34,623 nt of DNA. Source: Candidatus Woesearchaeota archaeon (GTDB lineage: Archaea; Nanobdellota; Nanobdellia; Woesearchaeales; BM511). The position numbers and the translations under genes were made by a program. Below are positions 7,945 through 15,278 of this stretch, one piece after another (position 1 is the stretch's first letter; every line of letters begins with the position of its first letter). The notes beneath the pieces are model-generated. The model made no database searches and was not told the DNA's origin. It worked only from the letters and a program-made list of their open reading frames with translations. Location of the stretch: the NCBI GenBank assembly GCA_018221175.1, contig JAAOYE010000077.1, positions 1 through 34,623 on the forward strand, written 5' to 3'.

Positions 7945-9191
7945 AAAAAATAATTCAACCAAAAGATTGGCAAAAAATACTAATTGGTATTAGGAAAAAA
8001 AATAATTACAGTCAAACAACTCTTGCAAAAGAGTTAAAATTATCAAGAAATTCAGTAAGCAGATTTGAAGCATTGCAAAGATTTCCAAATAAAGAATCTA
8101 AAGAAAAAATCGTAAACTATCTAATATTAAAAAATTATAATATTAATGAATTGATAAATAAAGGAACTAATTATTCTAATGAATATAAAACCAGAAGAAT
8201 CAAATCAGAATTAAACTTAAAGCTTTCAGAAAAACTAGCAGAATTAATAGGAATAATTCTTGGTGATGGTGAAATTAGAAGTGATGGGACTATTAGGATC
8301 TCATTTGATCCTAAAAAAGATGTTAACTATATTGATAGAAGAGTAATAGCATTAATTCAATCTATCTTAGGAAATAAAGTTTATTTTGAAAGTGAAAAAC
8401 GAATCTCATTTGGAAATATAAGTTTTATGAGGTACTTGAAAAGTATCGGGCTTCCTTCTGGAAGCAAATTTGAAAACAATATCAAAATTCCTTCTTTATT
8501 TTTTAAAAATAATAAATATCTCTGTGCAGTACTGAGAGGATTGTTTGATACAGATGGATACTTTGGTTATCTAAATGGTTCCTTAGAGCTAATGCTTGGA
8601 AGATTCTCAGAAAAATCTGTAAACCTTGTTAATGATATTTCACTAGCTTTGAAAAAATTAAATATTAAACACAAAATAATTACTTCAAATGACGGTCAAT
8701 TTAAAGTAAGATTAACAGATAAATTAGAAATAATTCGGTTTTTCTCAATTATTGGCTCGTCTAATCTGAGAAACATTGTTCGATTTCTTTTATGGAGAAT
8801 AAATAAATACGAAGCAAAAATCGAAATTGAAGGATTTCATAACTTATTATTAAAAGCAAAAAAAATAGATAAAAACATTGAAAATATTTCTTTTCCATTC
8901 TTATGGAATCAAAATAACAAGCAGTTTAAAAAATACATAAAAGAAGATGAAATTGAAATTAAAGGCTCAAAATTAAGAGATAACTATTCATGGTCAAAAA
9001 TAGTTAAAGAGTTAATTAATAAGAGAGGTCAAGAATCAATTGCTAATCATTTCAAAATCACAAAAAGAAGTGTGAGAAAATGGAGAGAAGGAAGTAGAAC
9101 TCCTTCTAAAAAATACATCTTAAGTTTATTAAAGATGTCGGAGGAAAATAAAATGAAAATAAACAAGTATAAGGTGATAAAAAATGGCTAA
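7941..9191 (+). CDS. Free-standing LAGLIDADG-type homing endonuclease flanked by N- and C-terminal HTH segments
   Basis: Two LAGLIDADG motifs: LAELIGIILGDGEI (nt 8235-8276) and LRGLFDTDGYFG (nt 8532-8567). XRE-like HTH YSQTTLAKELKLSRNSVSRFE near the N-terminus and IANHFKITKRSVRKWREG near the C-terminus. The stop overlaps rpl11 codons 2-3. Confidence 0.8.
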   Translation: MKKIIQPKDWQKILIGIRKKNNYSQTTLAKELKLSRNSVSRFEALQRFPNKESKEKIVNYLILKNYNINELINKGTNYSNEYKTRRIKSELNLKLSEKLAELIGIILGDGEIRSDGTIRISFDPKKDVNYIDRRVIALIQSILGNKVYFESEKRISFGNISFMRYLKSIGLPSGSKFENNIKIPSLFFKNNKYLCAVLRGLFDTDGYFGYLNGSLELMLGRFSEKSVNLVNDISLALKKLNIKHKIITSNDGQFKVRLTDKLEIIRFFSIIGSSNLRNIVRFLLWRINKYEAKIEIEGFHNLLLKAKKIDKNIENISFPFLWNQNNKQFKKYIKEDEIEIKGSKLRDNYSWSKIVKELINKRGQESIANHFKITKRSVRKWREGSRTPSKKYILSLLKMSEENKMKINKYKVIKNG

Positions 9192-9969
9192 AGAAACAGT
9201 CAAAGTACAGATTGAGGGTGGAAAAGCTACCGCTGCGCCTCCTTTAGGTCCCGCATTTTAATAATATTAGGCGAAAGGACCCCTAAAGATTAATATTGGC
9301 GATGTTGTAAACCAAATCAACGAGAAAACAAAAGAGCTTGCAGGAATGCAGGTTCCTGTTTCTGTTATCATTGACACAGACACAAAAGAATTTGAAATAA
9401 AGGTAGGCACTCCGCCAGCATCAGCACTAATCAAACAGGAAGCAGGTGTTAAAAAAGGAGCAGGAAACCCATTAACAGAAAAAGTAGCTGACCTTAAAAT
9501 CGAGCAAATCATCAAGGTTGCAAAGATGAAAGAAACATCACTTCTAGGAAAAACCCTAAAAGACAAAGGCAAAGAAATCATAGGAACATGTCAGTCAATG
9601 GGCATCCTGGTTGAAGGAAAACCAGTTCCAGAAACACTAAAAGATGTTGATACAGGAATGTATGACGAGAAGTTCGCGTCTGGAAAAACAGAGCTTTCAG
9701 TTGAAGAACTAAAACAGCAAGAAGAAGATAGGATAAGGATGCAGGAAGAAATCGAGGCAAAGCGCGCAGAGTACGAAGCCAAAGCTAAAGACATCATTGC
9801 TCAGATGAAAGACAAAGACAGAAAAGAAATAGAAGCAAAGATGAAAGAAGAAGAGCTTCCACAAGCAATAATCAATGAAATGCTTCCAGAAGAAGCAGCT
9901 GTGCCTATTGAAGGAGAAGAAGCACCAGAAGCAGAAGAAGTTCCTAAAGAAGAAGAAAAGCCTGAGTAA
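9184..9969 (+). CDS. rpl11: Ribosomal protein uL11, interrupted by an 18-nt in-frame stop-containing insert (proposed exons 9184-9257 and 9276-9969), with a long charged C-terminal extension
   Basis: AGGTGA lies 5 nt upstream of ATG 9184. Exon 1 encodes MAKETVKVQIEGGKATAAPPLGPA, followed by TAA, TAA and TAG. The same frame resumes with GPLKINIGDVVNQINEKTKELAGMQVPVSVIIDTDTKEFEIKVGTPPASALIK... The track shows only the 9346 Met fragment. Confidence 0.85.
9258..9275 (+). other. Candidate bulge-helix-bulge mini-intron in rpl11 mRNA (TTAATAATATTAGGCGAA)
   Basis: Sits between two 3-nt bulges (TTT 9256-9258, AAA 9274-9276) that are separated by helix CGCA/GGCG and closed by helices GGTCC/GGACC and TAA/TTA. 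Removing it restores Ala-Leu-Gly and the reading frame. Confidence 0.55.
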
Positions 9970-9973
9970 AGGC

Positions 9974-9992
9974 TTTTTCTTTTATTTTTTTT
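9974..9992 (+). terminator. Oligo-T tract downstream of rpl11
   Basis: TTTTTCTTTTATTTTTTTT lies immediately after the TAA stop. Archaeal terminators are typically T-runs. Confidence 0.45.
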
Positions 9993-10032
9993 ATCACCAT
10001 AAACTTTATAAGCACATTTTGTACAGAAATAT

Positions 10033-11664
10033 GTGAAAATGCCAGACAGTTTATTGTTTAGCCTTGTGGGTGGACTTGGTTTATTAATATATGGAATTCA
10101 TCTTATGGGTGTTGGTCTTCAAAAGTATGCTGGAGACAGGATGCGGGAAATTCTTTCAAAAGTAATTTCAAATAGATTCAAAGGCATCCTTGTTGGTGCA
10201 GGAGTCACAGGCATAATCCAAAGCTCGTCAGCAACAAGCGTGATGGCAGTAGGATTTGTCTCAGCAGGATTAATGACGCTTGCACAAGCAATCGCAGTGA
10301 TATTTGGCGCAAACATAGGTACTACTATAACAGGCCAGCTAATAGCATTCAAACTCACAAAATATGCGCTTCCAATAATCGCAATTGGTGCAGGCATGTT
10401 TTTCTTTGCAAAAGCAGACAAAAAAAGAGACCTTGGAGAAGCAATACTTGGATTTGGAATATTATTTCTAGGACTTAACCTTATGACAGGCTCTACCAAG
10501 TTTTTAGCAAACTACCCATTTGTTCAGGAAGCTTTCATCACCTTTTCTCATAATCCTTTTTTAGGAGTGCTTGTTGGCTTTGCAATGACACTTTTGATAC
10601 AGTCAAGCAGTGCAACAATAGGCATTTTAATCGCACTGGCATCTACAGGCCTAGTAGACCTTTCAGCAGCGATTCCAATAATCATGGGAGACAATATCGG
10701 AACATGCACAACAGCACTTCTTGCAAGCATTACATCAAACATACACGCAAAGAGAACAGCGATGTCACATCTGATGTTCAATGTTTTTGGAACAATAATA
10801 GGTCTTATCATGATGCCACTTTACTTAATTTATATACCCTTGACATCGTCAGATCTCGCACGCCAAGTTGCAAATACCCATACAGCATTCAATATACTTA
10901 ATGTTATAATTTTCTTGCCTGCAATTCCTTTGTTTGTGAAGGTCTTAGAAAAGTTGATGCCTGCAAAGACGCATGAACAAAGAGGACCAGTACATCTGGA
11001 AAGAAAACTCCTAAAAACACCATCAATTGCAATAAAGTCAGCAACGCTGGAAATGCTTAGAATGACTGGCATTGTAAAAGAAATGATAAAGCTTGCCATG
11101 ACTGATTTTTTTGAAGGGAAAATAACATCAAAAGACAAAGTGTTAGAAATGGAAGACACTGTTGACGAACTTCAAAATGAGATATCAGACTATCTTATCA
11201 GCATGACACAGCAGGAACTTGACAGAAAAGACTCAACAAGGCTTCCAGCACTTTTGCACATAGTAAACGACCTCGAAAGAATTGGCGACCACGCAGAAAA
11301 CTTAGTAGAACTGACTGAAAGAAAAATTAACAGAGATCTGCCTTTTTCAAAGCACGCCATGAAAGAGATGAGAATAATGTATGACCTTGTCATGGCAATG
11401 ATAAAAGACATAGAGCAGACATTAAGAACTGATTCTTTGATTGCAGCTAAAAGAGCGCATAGAAAAGAGGATTTGATTAATGAGCTTCAGCGAAAATACA
11501 AAAACGCACACATTGTAAGGCTTGAAAAAGGAAAGTGCAACATCCGCTCAGGAGTTGTTTTTATTGATCTTATAAAAAACTTTGAAAAAATTGGAGATCA
11601 CTTAACAAATATTGCTGATGCAAAGCTTGGCTCGCTTGCTCCAAATAATGTTAGAAATCCTTAG
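10033..11664 (+). CDS. Na/Pi cotransporter family protein with C-terminal PhoU-like repeats
   Basis: Duplicated QSSSATS...GANIGTT and QSSSATI...GDNIGTC motifs in the membrane half. The helical C-terminus carries two (E/D)RIGDH-type PhoU repeats (ERIGDHAEN, EKIGDHLTN). The start is GTG 10033 or ATG 10039, and the TATA-like AAACTTTATAAG lies at 10001-10012. Confidence 0.85.
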   Translation: MKMPDSLLFSLVGGLGLLIYGIHLMGVGLQKYAGDRMREILSKVISNRFKGILVGAGVTGIIQSSSATSVMAVGFVSAGLMTLAQAIAVIFGANIGTTITGQLIAFKLTKYALPIIAIGAGMFFFAKADKKRDLGEAILGFGILFLGLNLMTGSTKFLANYPFVQEAFITFSHNPFLGVLVGFAMTLLIQSSSATIGILIALASTGLVDLSAAIPIIMGDNIGTCTTALLASITSNIHAKRTAMSHLMFNVFGTIIGLIMMPLYLIYIPLTSSDLARQVANTHTAFNILNVIIFLPAIPLFVKVLEKLMPAKTHEQRGPVHLERKLLKTPSIAIKSATLEMLRMTGIVKEMIKLAMTDFFEGKITSKDKVLEMEDTVDELQNEISDYLISMTQQELDRKDSTRLPALLHIVNDLERIGDHAENLVELTERKINRDLPFSKHAMKEMRIMYDLVMAMIKDIEQTLRTDSLIAAKRAHRKEDLINELQRKYKNAHIVRLEKGKCNIRSGVVFIDLIKNFEKIGDHLTNIADAKLGSLAPNNVRNP

Positions 11665-12391
11665 TTTTCTTCCAATCAACATCTAATTCTTCCAATATAT
11701 CCACGACTTTTTGCTTATGCTCTCCAAGCCCTTTCCAGTCAACAATTACTAACTCTGACTTTGGAACAGTCCGCTCCATAGCTTTTCTTAATTTAACCAC
11801 GTCCAAACTTTTCAAGCTGTACTTTGGGCAAACATGACTAATAGCGATATCACTCTTCAATATTATTTTTTTAAAATTAGGCGTGTGATGAAGACCGCCA
11901 ATACCAACAGCACTCTTATAACCTTTTACTTCAGTACTTATAATCTCCTTTATCACATCAGCAATAACTTTGCCAGCATCTTCTCTTATCCATTCATTTT
12001 CACTGCTTCCAATCTCAATAAACATGCACGGCTTAGAAACAAACGGCCCGTGATGGGTGCATTCTAAAATTACTTCAAAACCTTCCAACTTTTTATTCTC
12101 AAGCAGCTTCATCGCTTTTTTTAAAAGATTCGCAGGAGCAACACAAACCTCGCCATCCTTGCCGCCAAACTTTGCTTCTCCCCAATTCCCAGGGGTATGA
12201 ACACTAAGCGACGCCACCCCAGACTTTGCCTGATGTTTTGTAGCAAAAATCAAGATGTCTGCATCTACTTCTTTGTCAATATTTTCTGCAAAGATAGTTT
12301 CATCATCAATGACAATAACATCATCAAGAAACTTCTTTATATTCATCCCAGCAGGGTCTTTTTTAGAAACAATAACTGCAAATTTCATCAT
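11651..12391 (-). CDS. dtdA: D-aminoacyl-tRNA deacylase, archaeal DTD2 type
   Basis: MKFAVIVSKKDPAGMNI N-terminus and the ECTHHGP motif are typical of DtdA. There is an ATGA overlap with the upstream debranching-enzyme gene. Confidence 0.8.
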   Translation of the reverse strand: MMKFAVIVSKKDPAGMNIKKFLDDVIVIDDETIFAENIDKEVDADILIFATKHQAKSGVASLSVHTPGNWGEAKFGGKDGEVCVAPANLLKKAMKLLENKKLEGFEVILECTHHGPFVSKPCMFIEIGSSENEWIREDAGKVIADVIKEIISTEVKGYKSAVGIGGLHHTPNFKKIILKSDIAISHVCPKYSLKSLDVVKLRKAMERTVPKSELVIVDWKGLGEHKQKVVDILEELDVDWKKTKDF

Positions 12392-14208
12392 CCAAAAAGC
12401 TCATTTATCATTGCAACATAAGTTGAAGAACTCCATGCCTGAGAGATTGAACCTTCAGCTCTTTGCTCTTTTGCACTCGAGAGTTCGGAAGCACATCCTA
12501 TTGCTCCCAGCCTTAAGATGTCCTCGGTGCTAGCCTTAACTATGTCTTTTATGTATCTTGAAAAAAGTCGCCTATCAACTTTGTGCAGACACATTGCAGC
12601 AATGTTATTTACAAAGTACCATGAGTCACCCCTGTGATAGCTTCTGTCTTCCATTCCAGTGTACTCATCCAAGAATAGAGGGTTTGTTTTGTCAATTGTA
12701 GAAACGCCGCCCCACTTAAGCCAAAGTGCAAAAAGGGTGTTTCTAAAAACCTGCTTCCATTCTTTTCTTTTCAAAAGTTCTGGATATATATAGTATGCCA
12801 AAAAAACATTTGGTCTTATGGTAGGATCATTATGTCCGTCATACAAAGTTCCATTATTGAAAAACAAGGACCTCACTTTTTTTCTCATTTCTTTTTCCAA
12901 AGCTTCATACCTTGTAAAGTCAGGGTCATCGATATACAAACAAAGGTCTTTTGCGACTTTTAGCATGTTTAGGGTGAGTGCCTGTATTTCAATTCTCGCG
13001 CCGTCTCTTGGGTCATTTCCAACATCTGTATCCATCCAAGTCTCTTTTTTTCTGTTAATAGTTAGGTTTTTTCGCACATAATATCTCAAGATTTTTTCAA
13101 TAGAGTCTTTTAATCTTGATGTAACTACAGAGATTTCGCCATCATTCCAGTAATTTGAGAGCTGCTTTTTTCTTTGAAGAGAGTAAAACACGTCTCCAAA
13201 ACTTTTGAAAACCCAGCCGACACCATCGGCTGTGCCAAGCGCTGAAAAAGGAGTTTTGTTTGGAGTTCTTCCATCAGCAAGGATTTTTGAGGTTTGGCGC
13301 AAAAGAATATTTTTTACCAGGTCATGTCTTTTTTCATTAATCAATCCACCAAGAGAAATCGCCTCATCCCTTGCCCATATCTGAAAAAACCATGGAAGAC
13401 CAGCATAAAAACCTTTTAGGCCGTCTATTTCTACATACAGGTCGTCAAGTGCTTTTATACTGCATTTGTAGGCAGTTTTTATCTTTCTTGAGATTTTTTT
13501 CTTTCTAAAAAGAATGATTAATTCTTTTTCCTTTTGGCTTTTTAAGTGATGATGGCTGTAGTAGATATAATTTGCTTCATTCATTGCCTCTTCCTTGCTT
13601 TTTGAAACACTAATTGATATACGGCAGTTTCCTTTAATCTGAAACAATAATGCTTCATATATAGGAAAGCTAAAAGGAGCGCTTTTTCTTTTCTCATCAA
13701 AGCGAAACCTGTAATCTTTGTATCTGTTAAGTTTTTTTATAGGCGCATCTGATTTTATGGCCAGGTAGCGGACAAATTCCTTGCCTTTTTTAAATTTGAC
13801 AATAACAAAGTTGTTTTCTTCACTTATAGTGTATTTTTGGCCTTGTGTTGCAAAATCATGAATGTATCTTATGTCAAGTGTCAATAATGCGTTTCCTTTG
13901 TAGTTGTCAACTTCATACATCAGCGAGTTGTTGTAAAAAAACAATTTCTCGCTTGCTTTGCCATGCTTTTTTTCAATGCCCCACAAATGATATTTTATTA
14001 GGCTTGGAACCTGGCTAATAGACAATGTATCAACGCTTTTTAGAAGGTCCCAGGCTTTTTTTTGCATTTCAAGTGTGCAAAGACCTCTGTATTTTGTGTC
14101 TTTATGGTCTAAAAAGTACCCTCCTTTCTTGTTTGTGAGCAGGAAGTTTGGCTCTATAACTTCTTCTTCGATTTTTTCTTCTTGAATATCATATATTACG
14201 CGCGCCAT
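12388..14208 (-). CDS. Glycogen debranching enzyme, archaeal amylo-alpha-1,6-glucosidase type (GDE_C)
   Basis: GLPWFFQIWARDEAISL (WF..(W/F)GRD-like block), ETWMDT, RDGARIEIQAL, YHRGDSWYF and SQAWSSS blocks are characteristic of the (alpha/alpha)6 GDE family. Confidence 0.8.
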   Translation of the reverse strand: MARVIYDIQEEKIEEEVIEPNFLLTNKKGGYFLDHKDTKYRGLCTLEMQKKAWDLLKSVDTLSISQVPSLIKYHLWGIEKKHGKASEKLFFYNNSLMYEVDNYKGNALLTLDIRYIHDFATQGQKYTISEENNFVIVKFKKGKEFVRYLAIKSDAPIKKLNRYKDYRFRFDEKRKSAPFSFPIYEALLFQIKGNCRISISVSKSKEEAMNEANYIYYSHHHLKSQKEKELIILFRKKKISRKIKTAYKCSIKALDDLYVEIDGLKGFYAGLPWFFQIWARDEAISLGGLINEKRHDLVKNILLRQTSKILADGRTPNKTPFSALGTADGVGWVFKSFGDVFYSLQRKKQLSNYWNDGEISVVTSRLKDSIEKILRYYVRKNLTINRKKETWMDTDVGNDPRDGARIEIQALTLNMLKVAKDLCLYIDDPDFTRYEALEKEMRKKVRSLFFNNGTLYDGHNDPTIRPNVFLAYYIYPELLKRKEWKQVFRNTLFALWLKWGGVSTIDKTNPLFLDEYTGMEDRSYHRGDSWYFVNNIAAMCLHKVDRRLFSRYIKDIVKASTEDILRLGAIGCASELSSAKEQRAEGSISQAWSSSTYVAMINELFG

Positions 14209-14214
14209 TTTAAT

Positions 14215-15207
14215 TTATTGATGTACCTGTGATTTATCCCCTAAATCTAGTTTAATATTTAAAGCCTTTTTTTCAAATTTTACCTTTGCATTATTTCCGA
14301 TTAATGAATCTGTTAACATGGCATTTTTTATTGCTGTGTTTTCTCCTATAATTGAGTTTGATATATGTGAGTCAACTACTTTTGAGCCTTTAGCAATAGA
14401 TACATATGGTCCGATAACTGAGTTTTCAATTTCAACATCATCCTCTATAAAAACAGGCGGGCGGATTATATCATCCTTTTGATGGGTGCTTTTTATATGG
14501 CCATGCTCAAGCAAGTATTTGTTTGTCTTGAGAAGGTTTTCTTTTTTTCCAGTATCAAGCCACGCGTCAACAACATTTGCCTTTAATTTGACGCCTTCTT
14601 CTACCATTAAAGCCATGGCATCTGCAAGCCTGTACTCTCCTTTTGATGTCATTTTTTCTTTTTGTATTTTTTCTAAAAATCTAAACATAACTTTTGCGTC
14701 TTTGAAATAATAAAGTCCGATGATAGCAAGGTCTGACTTTGGATTATCTGGTTTTTCTTCAATTCCTTTTATTATTTTGTTTTCAACCTCAAGTATGCCA
14801 AATCTCTTTGGATCATCTGTTTTTGAGGCCCACACAATGCCCTGGGCATCTCCAATGTTGTCTATATCTTTTTTTATGTCAGTAATGAATAATGTGTCAT
14901 TAAAACAAATAATTACGTCATCATCTATCTTGTTGTTTGCAAGGTATAAAGCATGGCCGTCTCCAAGAAGCTCTGTTTGTTTTAAGTATGTTGTTTTCAA
15001 CTCATAGCTTTTTTTTATATATTCTTTTATCTGGTCTTCCATCTCGCTTACAATAAGCAAGAATTCATTTACATTAAGAGGGCTTAAAAACTCGATGATG
15101 TGTCCAAGTATTGGTTTTCCAGCCACATGAAGCAAAGGTTTTGGCTTTGAGTATGTGTGCGGCCTAAGTCTTGTACCTTTTCCAGCAAGCGGAATTATTG
15201 CTTTAAT
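14215..15207 (-). CDS. Sugar-1-phosphate nucleotidylyltransferase (NDP-glucose pyrophosphorylase-like) with a left-handed beta-helix C-terminus; apparent ATT start
   Basis: The track ORF starts at TTG 15135 and lacks the nucleotide-binding loop. The same frame upstream encodes KAIIPLAGKGTRLRPHTYSKPKPLLHVAGKP, with no ATG, GTG or TTG before an in-frame TAA (15232-15234). ATT at 15207-15205 lies 7 nt after GGGGAGAGGGG and would give MKAIIPLAGKGTRL. Confidence 0.75.
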   Translation of the reverse strand: MKAIIPLAGKGTRLRPHTYSKPKPLLHVAGKPILGHIIEFLSPLNVNEFLLIVSEMEDQIKEYIKKSYELKTTYLKQTELLGDGHALYLANNKIDDDVIICFNDTLFITDIKKDIDNIGDAQGIVWASKTDDPKRFGILEVENKIIKGIEEKPDNPKSDLAIIGLYYFKDAKVMFRFLEKIQKEKMTSKGEYRLADAMALMVEEGVKLKANVVDAWLDTGKKENLLKTNKYLLEHGHIKSTHQKDDIIRPPVFIEDDVEIENSVIGPYVSIAKGSKVVDSHISNSIIGENTAIKNAMLTDSLIGNNAKVKFEKKALNIKLDLGDKSQVHQ

Positions 15208-15278
15208 TTTTTTGCCCCTCTCCCCTATTAGTTAATAATTTAGATTTACTTTTGATTTATAAAACTGATGGTTTATTG

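Larger units (their letters stand above)
6868..9191. mobile_element. Putative selfish-nuclease island (GIY-YIG module plus LAGLIDADG gene, divergent)
   Basis: Two homing-endonuclease families are side by side, the region is visibly more AT-rich than its flanks, and it sits where spt5 and rpl11 are normally adjacent. No terminal repeats were found. Confidence 0.35.

Noticed and set aside
9259-9270. Alternative genetic code or stop-codon read-through as the explanation for the three stops inside rpl11
   Set aside because: TAA, TAG and TGA each terminate well-conserved genes in this window at the expected positions (for example spt5 TAA, rps27ae TAG, ftsZ TGA). Three stops within 12 nt cannot plausibly be read through.
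9250-9282. Translational bypassing (T4 gene 60-like hop) across the rpl11 insert, with CCC 9250 to CCC 9280 or GCA 9253 to GCG 9271 as take-off and landing pairs
   Set aside because: Matching codon pairs do exist. However, the CCC hop deletes four conserved residues. The GCA/GCG hop yields Lys in place of the conserved Leu, and no stop directly follows the take-off codon. The BHB splice model restores the exact motif and is more parsimonious. Bypassing is not formally excluded.
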